Below are positions 13,205 to 24,985 of a stretch of DNA of 64,000 nt, piece by piece. The notes under the pieces were generated by a model that saw nothing but the letters and a program-made list of their open reading frames with translations, did no database searches and was not told the DNA's origin. A program made the translations under genes and the position numbers. Source of the stretch: Octopus sinensis (taxonomy: Eukaryota); contig NC_043008.1 of assembly GCF_006345805.1 (NCBI RefSeq), positions 23,250,001 to 23,314,000 on the forward strand, in the 5' to 3' direction. How positions within the stretch are numbered: the stretch's first letter is position 1; each line of letters begins with the position of its first letter.

Positions 13205-13975
13205 TATATAGAGGGTACTATTATTCATAGGTACCGCACACTAGGAGGGACTTTTGCAGTCAAAACTACTAAAATAAACAAATTGTACCGAATGCAAATC
13301 TTCAAAGTAAGTCATTTGACTGCAAAAGTCCCTCCTAGCGTGCGGTACCTATGAATAATAGTACCCATTATATAATATAAATAAATATTTTCAAAGTGGA
13401 AAAATTTACAGATTTTTTTCTCTTACCAGGTTTTTCACGCTAACTACTGATAATTTCTTATAAAGATTTTATCCTTAATTTTAAATTTATATTTTTCACC
13501 GGGATAGTTCAATACTGAATTTTTGTTCCAAGTAGGCAAGTTGTTACCGAAATGCATTGCGAATGAGCCCGCCATTTTCATAGATATGTAAAGATAAACA
13601 TTCGTACATGCTGCGGCGAATTCTACGGTTGGCTGTCGGGTTTGTAATGTTGTGTTTTTTCTTATATGTCTTGAATTCGTTGCACTGAAGAGCATAGAAT
13701 GCATATTCTGCATTGATTGCGAAATCACAGGTGATTTGTAACTAAATTCTGTTTTTAAATGACTGCTTTGAAGTTTTGCATTCGGTACAATTTGTTTATT
13801 TTAGTAGTTTTGACTGCAAAAGTCCCTCCTAGTGTGCGGTACCTATGAATAATAGTATCCTCTATATAATATAAATAAATATTTTCAAAGTGGAAAAATT
13901 TACAGATTTTTTTCTCTTACAAGGTTTTTCACGCTAACTACTGATAATTTCTTATAAAGATTTTATCCTTAATTT

Positions 13976-13980
<5 letters not shown>
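13205..13980 (+). mobile_element. Fold-back mini-element (PLE pseudo-LTR-like) inserted in (TA)n
   Basis: Layout is A(13205-13315), partial A'(13316-13368), B(13369-13495), unique, A'(13760-13865), B(13866-13980), with (TA)n on both sides. Contains a hammerhead. Confidence 0.75.
13679..13742 (+). ncRNA. Type I hammerhead ribozyme, apparently intact core
   Basis: Stem I GTTGCA/TGTAAC, core CTGAAGA (13685-13691), stem II closed by GCA/TGC, GAAA (13721-13724), stem III ATCA-CAGG-TGAT, cleavage triplet ATT with predicted cut after 13736. Confidence 0.8.
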
Positions 13981-14013
<33 letters not shown>

Positions 14014-14018
<5 letters not shown>

Positions 14019-15330
14019 CCTTGGCCAAAAATATTAGGCCACCCCAATGTTTTGGGGTTCTGCTGTGCACATGGTAGGTTATGGTATATTTCACAATATA
14101 CATTAGTTTTAATATATGGCTGATCCTCCTTTAGCATCAATTACCACTTTTATACTATTAGGCATTGAATCAACTAGTTTCTTGCAGGTGCTAGGTGCAA
14201 TTTTACTCCATTCTTCTCTTAAGGTTTGGTACAAATGCTCTTTATTTTCAATTTTTGTGTTTCTGATAGCTTCACCAATAGTTCCTCATAGTTGTTTGAT
14301 TGGATTTAGATTGGGACTTTGAGCTGGACAGTCCATGGGAACAATATTCTGTGTCTCAAACCATTGACGAGTATTATTTGCTGTATGACATGGAGCGTTG
14401 TCCTGTTGAAACATAACACTGTTTTTCGACACTCCTGGATGCAATTTAGCAGTTGATGGCTCTAAAACATCTGATAACTTAGAAGCATAGGTAGCTGAAT
14501 TTATCCTTCCCTGACATAAAAAATTTCTCTGGGTCCTGTGGCAGACATGCAGGCCCACACCATGTTAGAACCACTCCCATATTTTACAGTTGGTACCTGA
14601 CATTCAGCCTTAAATGCTTCCCCAAGTCCGTATTGTATGAAAGTTGCACCAGATGTACTAAAAACCTGAGTAAAAACATGAAAAATATTAGCTTTATGTT
14701 GGATAATTTTTTTATATATTTTGGGCAACAAACCAATTACATTAAATTTATTTGTTGATTGAATATGTACTATCTTACCTCATAGTTACTTTCATCAGAC
14801 AACATGACTTTTGACCATTGCTCACTGGTCCAATTTGAGTGTTTTTTTGGCCCACAGAAGATGTTTTTCCATATCCGCTTCAGAAACCCATGGCTTCTTG
14901 CTGGCTTTACAGCCTTTCAGACTGTACTCTACAAGCCTTCTTGTAACAGTTATTTGTGAAGTATTTGCTTTGTTGAAGTCCACACAGAGCTCCGATGACG
15001 TTTTTCTTCTGTTTCTGAGTGACTGACAGATGATGGATCTATCATCACGAGGTGATGTAATCTTTTTTCTGCCTGTTCTTTGTATTGTCTTCACATTTTT
15101 TGTCTCTCTGAAGTGCTTGAGAGTCGTTTGCACTGCACATTGAGAACATTTCATCTTCTGAGCAATTTGCCTTTGAGGCATTCCTGAAAGTAGTATCAGT
15201 AAGGAAATCAGAAATAGTATAGAACTTGGAGAAAAAAGATTAGGACAGATCCCTAGGGAATAAATGACACAATAAATGATAGAAACTAACAGGACCCATG
15301 AATGTTTCACAGAATTAATGGTAAACCTTT
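14014..15330 (-). mobile_element. Tc1-like transposon, degenerate DD34E transposase
   Basis: ORF pieces with HTH (QRQIAQKMKCS..TGRKKITSPRDDR), PTVKYGSGSNMVWACM, FQQDNAPCHT and SPNLNPI. TA-CAG terminus at about 14014. Confidence 0.85.
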
Positions 15331-16303
15331 TGGGATATTTCTGAAAACTTTATCCAAAACTACCTGAAAACATAGCCTGTGTTGTATCTGTATGGAAAGA
15401 TAGTTGCTCATTTGCTACTCATTGAACAGTGAAATAAATAGGAATATAATAATTACTTAATGCCTTTTATATATACACTTTATATACTTTATGCAAAATT
15501 TTATAGACTTAATACACAGGACTCATAAAATAAATTTTCACTCTTATTTTTCCATTTTCCCCATAAACAAAAAGGAAAAAAAATTTCCATACATATGATA
15601 CAACCGTTAGTTAAATTGCATATATCTGCCATATAAATAAGTGTGAATATTTCATGGAATTGCACTTATGTGTATGCATTAAGTGATAGGTGATATGAAA
15701 AACTTAATTCAATTAAAAATACACTCTTCACTATCCAATCACCACCACTACCACCTCCATTTCTCTCTTCCCCCTCCGTCCCTCTCTCCTCTCTCTCTCT
15801 CTGCCTTTCTTTAACCTCACCATTAGAACATCAGCTCTCCGCTAAAATCATATTTTTAACTCCTCCTCTACAGTTACAATTACTTTCTGAATTATATATA
15901 TATATATATTAATAAATATAAGGGTAGCAAAAAATTCTAGAAAAAATTCTCTGCTACCAGCGGTCTGGCGAGAAAGAAAAGATTGTCAAAGACTATATAA
16001 TATACATTCAACAATATAAGGAATGGCCATAATAGGACATTCGACTCACTAGAAAGAGCAGCCAAACTCAAACCACTAAATAGTTGTAATTCTGAAATTG
16101 AAAGAGAAATAAAAACGTTTACCCCTTCATCTCTGGACTATGCAAAGTTTCAGCTGTTGTTATATTTCTGCAGCTTTTAAATAAAGCATATTACTCTACC
16201 TCTGGTATTTGAGTACTTTTTTTCCACCTTGTTTCACATTTATGTGCTTACTCCGGTATATATATATATATCTGCATTAATTCAGAATAACAAGAATATA
16301 TAT

Positions 16304-16341
<38 letters not shown>

Positions 16342-17914
16342 CTAGCATTATGACCCGGCAACGCCGTGTCATAGTGCTAGTGCATATATATATGTGTACA
16401 TATTACATGTACATCATCTACACATAAAATACAAAATACAAAGTTATATCTTGACATTGCTAGTGATAACAATACTCAAAATATATAACAGACTGGAATT
16501 GTAGGCCCATCTCTTGCAATTTCAATGAATTGTATCTTGTCCTCCCTCTTGTATAGAAGTGTGGCTACAATCCAGCCTACCTCTACTTCTGGGGGACATT
16601 TAAAATTTTTATCCGGGACGTCCTACGTCCCAGATATAAAGGTAAAAGTAAAATATTTCCACTTTGCAAGGTTCGAGTCGAGTACTCCCTTGCACGCTCC
16701 GTTGACTCGAACCTTGCTTCTATTGTGGCGAATTTACCGCCTCTGGTTAGATACTTGATATCTTTCATAGTCGAACCATGACACTTTTCAATGGTGCTTT
16801 CCTCCAGGTGTTCAAATCTTTTTTTTTTCTCTACATTGTATACTTTATAGACAATAGTCTTTTCTTTAATTTTATTTTTTATTTCGTTTGGTGGTGTTAT
16901 CCTAGATTCACCGTCTTTGTCAGTGATCAATCCGAAATAGGTTTGTATTTCTTCCATTTTAATTTTAATGAGTTCACCACCTGCCAACGGCTGCAGCAAA
17001 ATTCATTTTTGGACTTTCTTCTATTGAAGACATTTTAACAAAAATGCTTCCATGTAAACGGTGAAATTATTGTCAATTTCCTCAAACAGAGACACAATTC
17101 AATTTTTAAACAATAACCAAAGCTCCTTCTCCCAAAGGGGGAGGGTTACAGTTTACAATTATTTAACATATGCAACACAACAACGCTTCCCTTACGAGGA
17201 ACCAACAAACATGATAACGATAGTTAAACAGTAATAATAATAACAACAAACCTTACGGTGAATCAAAAAGCAGTACTCTGTTGAAGCTATAGGCCTTTAT
17301 GGATCAGAAATAAACCAACAGCAGTAGAAGCATCTATTCGAGAAAACAGACATTACATACAGCCAAACTTCATATAGATACTTAACGCTAGCTAATTAGC
17401 AAATAATCTAATGTAAAAGATGTGCACAGCTCCATCTGGACTATTCCATTTCTGCACTTAAATTTTATTTTTTATTTATTCCCACTCATGTGAAACCACT
17501 TATTCAAGTTCAAGTCATTGATGCAATTTTATACCAATTGCTATTTTTACTATTAATTGTTATGTTACGATTTAATTATTATATAGTTTGATTTTAATTA
17601 TTACTTACTACATATTATTCAATTGTTATTATTATCTCTAATTTTTATTGTTAAAGTGAAAGTATCTGACATAAAATAGAGAGCTGTTTTTGTTTCACTT
17701 TTAACACGTAATACTGAAATAGTGGAGAAGATATGATATTGCTATGGGCTCGCCCTAGGCAAGAAGTTGAACATTTTTTTGCCGATGACACTCGCTGGAC
17801 CCTAAGTAAGGCATGTGTAAAATTTGAATGAAATTGGTTGTGTAGTTCTCAAGTTTTAGGGAAACACACAGACAGACAGACAGACACACATTCTCAGTTT
17901 TATATATATAGAGA
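16342..17914 (-). mobile_element. Non-autonomous Helitron with captured cargo, copy A
   Basis: On the minus strand: A|TCTCTATATATATAAAACTGAG start, (TGTC)n, 3' hairpin ATGACACGG..CCGGGTCAT, end CTAG|T, no TSD. Confidence 0.9.
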
Positions 17915-17920
17915 TATATA

Positions 17921-18552
17921 TATATTTGCCATCTCAATATGGCTTACCACTAAGGGTGGATGTTACTGTAGCTTGTAGCCCCAGGAGAACATCTCCAGCT
18001 GGCTATAGACACACTTTCTGTGCCCTATTGGTATTTGCAAAGGGAGGTCATCCTTCCCTCGTTAACCTAAGTGATACGCACGGACTGCAGTTTCTGGGTA
18101 TTGACCCGTCATCAGCTCACGACAATCACCGGTTTTCAATGGAAGGGAGTCCCAATGCAAATATTGTCGTGCAGTTACTGTCTATACCTCGTTCAGAGAT
18201 TTATTATTGCTTGTATACACTTTTTCAAGATCAGTGATGAAAAGTCACTGGAAAAAGGATATAAATATTTGCATTGAGACTCCCTTCCATCGAAAACCGG
18301 TGATTGTCGTGTGTTGATGACGGGTCAATACCCAGAAACTGCAGTCCGTGCGTATCACTTAGGTTGACGAAGGAAGAATGACCTCCCTTTGCAAATACCG
18401 ATAGGGCATAGCCAGCTAGAGAAGATGTTCTCCTGGGGCTACAAGCTACAGTAACATCCACCCTTAGTGGTTAGCCATATTGAGATGGCAAATATACTTC
18501 ACATTGTCATACAGTTCCTGTCTATACCTCGTTCAGAGATTTATTATTGCTT
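17921..18552. repeat. Fold-back element (arms of about 230-245 bp) with directly repeated tail
   Basis: 17921-18167 is inverted relative to 18264-18492. TGTC..CAGTT.CTGTCTATACCTCGTTCAGAGATTTATTATTGCTT is repeated at about 18165-18212 and 18505-18552. Flanked by (TA)n. Confidence 0.85.
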
Positions 18553-18617
18553 ATATATATATATATATAATATATGTATGTATGTATGTATGTATATATA
18601 TATATATATTATATATA

Positions 18618-18707
<90 letters not shown>

Positions 18708-19030
18708 CATATATATATATATATGTGTATATATATATACATACATCACGTGATCACGTGACCAACCAGACCATCAGATGTTGCTACACATCGCTGGTCA
18801 CAATGCGTTCGCATTGTTTTAGCCTTTGAATGACGCCACCCCGCTGGCTAAGCGAGCAGGCCAACAGAAGAAAGAGTGAGAGAAAGAGTGGTGAAAGAGT
18901 ACAGCAGGGATCACCACCCCCTGCCAGAGCCTCGTGGAGTTTTTTAGGTGTTTTCGCTCAATAAACACACACAACACCCGGTCTGGGAATCGAAACTGCG
19001 ATCCTACGACCGCGAGTCCACTGCCCTAAC

Positions 19031-19080
<50 letters not shown>

Positions 19081-19859
19081 GGGTGTGCGGTGATCTTTCT
19101 GGCTGGGGAAGCAATGACCAAAATTTTCTGTCACATAGACATTTGAATCAAGTTGACATGTTCATATACTGCTTTTTAAAATTAAAAAATCACATTTTAT
19201 ATTAAGGGTATTCTGTAATTTCAGAAAGTATAAAATATTAGTTGAATAAATGCAGAAAACTTTGCATGTATCTTTACGCCGTTTTTCAGATGGAAGCTGA
19301 ATGTCAACTTGCTTCCCTTTTCCTATGAAAGTGTTTCATAACAACATAAAATTATATATATCATAGGTATTGCAAATTGACAAAAACTTAATCTAAGAGT
19401 ATAAGTATTTATTAGCATCTGAAACTATTCATTATCTGCTCTAACTAGAAAAAAGTTGTCATTTTTATCGGAAAAAATGTTAAAATATTGTACCAAAAAG
19501 ATGCAACAGCTTGTGTTGCTCCCTTTGCATAGATTTTTTTGTGATGTCTACCACTGCTTGTTGTCTCATGCTAATTCCAACAATAAAAGTCTGAAACTTG
19601 TGATGTCATGTAGCTTATATTCATTTTACAGAACATTAGAAGAACAATCTTATGAAAAATAAGTAATATAGTTTCAATTTTGCTTCCATGCTCCACATGT
19701 CTATGATGTAAATATATATATACATATACATATATTTATAAAAAGTGTAGGTGGCATATGAGCAGGTATATATTTATAAAAAGAAGTTTGAAAACGCCAC
19801 TATATGGCGATAGTAGTAGTGGTGGTAGTGGTAGTTGGAGTTGTATAATTCCTTTTTTC

Positions 19860-20085
19860 TTTTCGGAAAACCAATATATGGTTTTAATGTTCATGGCATA
19901 GGGTGTTTAGACTCGGTCCAAATTTTCTAATGAAATGGAGTTCTTTGTTATGACGTTGAGTGAAAGTTTCATTGTTACTGAATTGGTAAAGTGGGAAAGT
20001 TGTGAATTTGGGATTTTTATTTGATGCACATCTGTCTATGTGGCTGCTGACAGGTATTTTCCTGTATTCAGGATTCCTAATTTGG
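19860..20085 (-). pseudogene. PLE GIY-YIG C-terminal fragment
   Basis: HTSQIRNPEYRKIPVSSHIDRC..FPLYQ..RHNKELHFIRKFGPSLN resembles the PLE endonuclease end (R..KE..FI.KF.P.LN). Confidence 0.6.
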
Positions 20086-20149
20086 GATGTATGTACTGCC
20101 ATCCTTTATCGTAGGCTGTTTTTTGTATGGCCAATATATTGACCATACA

Positions 20150-20665
20150 ATAGAATATAAGAGTAATAGCTTAGAAGATACACAGGAGAATTTGGAAATT
20201 ATCTCCTGCAAAGTGGAAACTATTAATGGAAGTAGTAGAACTATCAAGTGCAATTTCACAAGGAACAGGATTTGCCTGCTTAACTCTAATTGTAGGTATG
20301 AAACTATTGTATATATATGTAAGGTTGCCTCAAAGAATAGGGAGTACTTCTATATTGGAGCTAGATCATGTCATATCACGCAAAGAGTTGCCAATCATTT
20401 AAATTTGATTAGATATAGGGACAAAATGAATACTGTTAGCCTTAGTAAACTAATTTAGGCACTAAAAGATTGTAACAAAGTATATTCCATTGGCTGGGAA
20501 ATAATTAGTAAGGTAAAACCTTATAGAACAGGTGATAATAGATGCGACTTTTGTGTAGAAGAAATGTACCATATTTTCACTTCTAAGTTTACTCTTATAA
20601 ACACAAGACAGGAACAGGTTCTAAGATGTCTACACTTGAGAAAATATCCATTAAAACAATTTAAA
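20150..20665 (+). pseudogene. Hydra-clade-like PLE endonuclease fragment (third copy)
   Basis: CNFTRNRICLLNSNC, IVY, FYIG, ANH, SLSKLI*ALK, WEIISKVKPY, CDFCVEE, CLH; same motif order as at 4540-4976. Confidence 0.8.
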
Positions 20666-21226
20666 TAAACACAACTCACCATCTATAGTAATTATGCTAG
20701 CTACAATAATGATTATAATAATAAATGATATTTATACTAATATTTCTACTACTAAAAGTAAAATATTTCTGAGTAAATAATGTATTCCCATGCAGTTACA
20801 TGTAAACAAAACTGATAGGATTAACTGAAATCTGAATAAATATTTTTAAAGCCATAGTTCAACTGCAATACCAGCAGAAGTTTTACTTATTTGGGGTTTA
20901 TACCCTCAATATTATTGTTATTATTAGTAGTAATATTAGTATAAATATAAGACCAGTATTCCATCAAATATTACCTCAGATATAACACTATTACCTTCAA
21001 CTGAATACCAATGCAGGATGCTTGTTTGAATCAGTTCACTTTGAAAACATTGTGCGTGATGGACTATTGATGAAATTGCCATGACTAAAATGCATAATTG
21101 CATACAAAGCAATGTGCAGTAACTGCAGTCAAAACATGTGGGTCAGGTGTATATGGTGTAGAAAACTTTTAAATAAAGAAAATTTGGATGTGAATAAAAT
21201 CTCTGCTCTCTTCTTCATTATCAATG

Positions 21227-21265
<39 letters not shown>

Positions 21266-21685
21266 AAAGAATAAATGTTTTATAAGACATTGTCAACTAC
21301 AGCACTAAAATTATCTGAATGGGATTAATGTGTTTATTGCACCAAGTGTCTGCCTGTATTCCTCTAACTCTTTTTTATCTTGTTATCTGATTGTCTATAA
21401 TTTACAACTCCTCCCTACTTTATCTTATCCTTGAATGACAGCTTCAGAACATTTTCTTTGTATATCTTAAATACCAATATCTTCATTTATATTTCCATTT
21501 GTTGAATATCAATATATCACTCAATAAGTCCTTACTTTTTGAGTCCATTTTGAGAAGATTTTCTGAAAAAAATGTAGTAATAAACAGGAATCCATTAATT
21601 TGCTTTATTTCATTTTATGCCGCTCTGTATATTTTATTCTTCATAGATATGCCTTGATTCTTTATGGATCCTTAGAACTGATATA

Positions 21686-21909
21686 CGAGGTGGTACTGCA
21701 AAGTTCCTGGCTTTGGGTAAAAGAAAATACAGGTGGATCAGTTAATTATGATTTTATTCAACATATTCCCCTCTCAGATTTACACATTTATTTATTACAG
21801 CAGTCCTTCAGTTTTTTCTAAGCCCTGTAAAAGAACTTGGATGGTTGGACCACCAACTGGGCCTTTTGTGATGCCCTTAAAGCTAGGAACTTTTCAGCAC
21901 CCCCTTCTG
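21686..21909. mobile_element. Mariner-type MITE
   Basis: TA flanks. Left CGAGGTGGTACTGCAAAGTTCCTGGCTTT matches the reverse complement of the right end (CAGAAGGGGGTGCTGAAAAGTTCCTAGCTTT). Confidence 0.7.
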
Positions 21910-21989
21910 TACACACACACACACAAAGTAAAAGAATCTATGATCTTCTATGATCTTCTTCCCTTCAAAACAAGGGGGTAATGTCAACA

Positions 21990-22240
21990 TAAATAAATAC
22001 ATTTTGGAGTAATTGGTTAAAAAAGTTCCCTGACCCATGTTACAGAGAATGCCTGAGGATATCTCACAAATGTTGTGTACAGCAAAGGCAAGCAGTATTC
22101 ATCTGTTGATGAACTTGAAATGGCAATAAAGAAGACCTGAGAAGAGCTTCCACTCAATCTGTAGCAAAAGTTGATTGGGATCATGAAATCGCATGTCTTT
22201 GAAGTAATTCAGAAAGGCCATGGTCAAAAACACTATTGTT
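21990..22240 (+). pseudogene. Tc1-like transposase C-terminal fragment
   Basis: GYLTNVVYSKGKQYSSVDELEMAIKKT*EELP..SHVFEVIQKG resembles the Tc1 C-terminus. Confidence 0.55.
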
Positions 22241-23266
22241 GATGTATTGCATAAGAATATCCTTAAAATATAACATAATTTTCCTGTTTTGCATCATTTT
22301 TTACATTACTCAACCTGGTGTAGTTTTGAACTCTGTATGTTGTTTTTTGAATCATTATCTAATTCATTTTTGGATTTCAATAAATCTGAATATTGCAATG
22401 CCTTCTATTCCATTTCTTATTTAGAGGTGAATTTTATGAATTTGGGCAGTATAGTTTGCCAGTAAAAACAGACAGTTCTCTGGCTTTATAGTTTTGAAAA
22501 GCAGTTTAGTCATACATACAGTTCAAAAGAAAATGGGAAATTGTGATATTATTGCATTTACTAAAGGAATTAGCAGCATAATTGAAGTAAATGTGTATCA
22601 ATTGAGAATCAAAAGCTTATGTCTTGTCTTAAGTGTTTGCCACAAATTAATATGAAATATTTATTTCAAATTTTGGCATAAGCCAGAAATTTCAGGGGAA
22701 GGAGTAAGTCAATTACAACCCCAGTATTTAACTGGTACTTATTTTAATAACCCCAAAAAGGTGAAAGGTGAAGCCAACTTCAGTGGAATTTGAACTTAGA
22801 ATGTAAAGACAGATTAAATATCACTAAGCGTTTTTCTCAACACTGCTCACCACCTTATTAATATGAAATAGTAAATGACTAGAATTCTGTTGAAGATGTG
22901 AAATAATTGTTTAAAGAAGAAACATCTAATGGTTGTTGAAATTAGTTTTGTTGAAATTGTAAAATTACCTTTACTTTCTGACACTTGAATTGCTGCAGAA
23001 AATTTTATAGTAGATTTTTTACCTTTTAATTTTTTTAGTTTTTGTCAAGTATGACAGGTTATGCATACAATAAATCCAATAGTAAGCTATGGATAGCTCC
23101 ATTCATTTCCATGTGACATCACTATCTTTCTCAGTCAATTCTATTATAATTTTCAGTCAAGAAACTTTTTCTTATATTATGAGCGTTAATATACTGTAGT
23201 ACAATAATCTTGATAATTAAATAAAATCTCTGTTTTTTCTTTCTCTTCCTTCCTAACTGTTTACAG

Positions 23267-23494
23267 GGTCGTAAATACTGTGGTCCTTATGGTAAAATAT
23301 ATGCAGCCATTACTGTACAAAGCAACTGGCGAAGAATGAAAGACAGAAAAAAATTCCTTGAGTACCAGCGGAGAAAGTGGGCTTCTGGCATTGTTGCTGT
23401 TGCATGGACAGTACATATGAGAGTTCAGCGATACAAGGCTCTTTTAAGACAGACAAGAGCAGACAATATAGAAATATATAAACTCAAGATTAAG
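23267..23494 (+). CDS. IQCH: Internal coding exon of an IQ motif-containing protein H orthologue (phase 0/0, 76 codons)
   Basis: Branch-like CTAAC, polypyrimidine tract and TTACAG acceptor; AAG|GTAATA donor; no stops. Translation is GRKYCGPYGKIYAAITVQSNWRRMKDRKKFLEYQRRKWASGIVAVAWTVHMRVQRYKALLRQTRADNIEIYKLKIK. As I recall it, human IQCH reads [54 protein letters not shown], which aligns without gaps. Confidence 0.85.
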
Positions 23495-24319
23495 GTAATA
23501 TAGTTTAATATAGTTCAACGTTAACTTTGTTGCACATTCAAGATGCTCTTCTTTTTTGTGCCTGAAGGACATTTGTCACACGTTTTAAGATTATTTAAAA
23601 TATATAATCAATAATAATCATGGGCCTATTAGAATTTATAGATTATTTGAAAAGTTGAAAGCCATCCCCTTTGTCATTATCCTCATCATGATGAACATGT
23701 TTATATCATCAAAGCCACCATCATTATTACTACTACTAACATCATTCTGTTTCTTCACCCCTCTATCTCTAGTTATATGTGGAAATGAAAGTCACATGAT
23801 TATACAAGTTGTCTCTTCAGTGTAACAGATTGATGTCTTGCTTTCTTCCTCATTTCATATGCTCAGCCTTTCTCATATATTAAGTAATTATTATCTTGTT
23901 ATACACTATATTTACCAAATGTATGTAATACATACATGCATATTTCAGGGATGTAAGACTCTGCTGTCTCTCATTAATTCTCTGCAGACAGACTCTGTCT
24001 GAAATGTTGGATTTTCCACATGACACAGCAAGTCATTGTACTCTTTTTATCAATTTCACTAAAGGATGCAAGTCTTGCTGATGCAGACCAATACCTGTCT
24101 ATGGAGTCTGTTTGAGGATCTATACATACATATTTACATACATACACATTCATACATGTATTCATATTTAGTTAAATGAAGTAAGATTATTGACTGATAT
24201 GTGATATGAATATTGCATTCTATGTGAAAACTCGAGTGACAAAAGATTACTTCAGCAGAGATTGCAAGTTATGGAAGTTAGAGCTATATGTATTCAATAA
24301 AACTGTCCTACTATGCTTT

Positions 24320-24985
24320 TACAGTCTCATTTGGCAAATTAAATTAAGCACTCAAAGAAATTTGCAGCTTGGACATCAGGACTAGAAAAATACTAACATT
24401 GACTGGTAAATTCCACACCAAACAATGACATTGACTAGGTCTATATTAAATGGTGGGATGAGGGTAGAGGCTTAAGATCACTCCAAAGTATCTTTGAGTG
24501 CTACATCTTGCTATTTAGACAACTATTGAAAGTAAAGAGAGAAATGAATACATCTTGTGTGTTTACTCAACAGGAGGGGTAATAACATCATGGTAGTAGG
24601 TGAAGAAATCTTGAATGAGTACACTGAGTTTACAATTACTCCATATGAACCAAGGGTGGTTGGGCATACTTAAACAAAAATTTGGAAGAGAAATACTCAT
24701 CTTACTAGCAGAAAGTTATGCATGGGTCCATCAATATTGACAGGAATAAGTAGCCTTTCTTGGACTGACAATAAGTAAATCACTTCTCACCTAGAAGGTT
24801 ATGCTCTTTACTACTACGAGTAGGAGATAGCTACGAAATACCTGATTAACAAATGAAATAAGGATGCCACTAAAACTCTATGGAAGATATCACTCATTTT
24901 ATTAGTAGCTGTCCAAAAATGATCACAAGAAGTCACCTTCCTATCTGATATAACATTGTTGCTAAGACATTCTCCAATGCTACAC
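24320..24985 (+). mobile_element. R4/Dong-type (RLE) LINE fragment
   Basis: LDIRTRKILTLTGKFH..DID*VYIKWWDEGRGL, KVMHG, SHLEGY..EIATKYLI, EDITHFISSCPKM..IVAK match the R4/Dong post-RT and zinc-knuckle region. Confidence 0.75.

Noticed and set aside
16583-16999. 138-aa ORF (also 28827-29246) as a host gene
   Set aside because: It is frameshifted, lies inside Helitron ends in three copies and resembles a LINE ORF1 fragment.
24325-24385. TTTTACAG followed by SHLAN, resembling the next IQCH exon (HLAANW)
   Set aside because: There is an immediate stop, and the sequence is explained as the R4/Dong LINE fragment (LDIRTRKILT).
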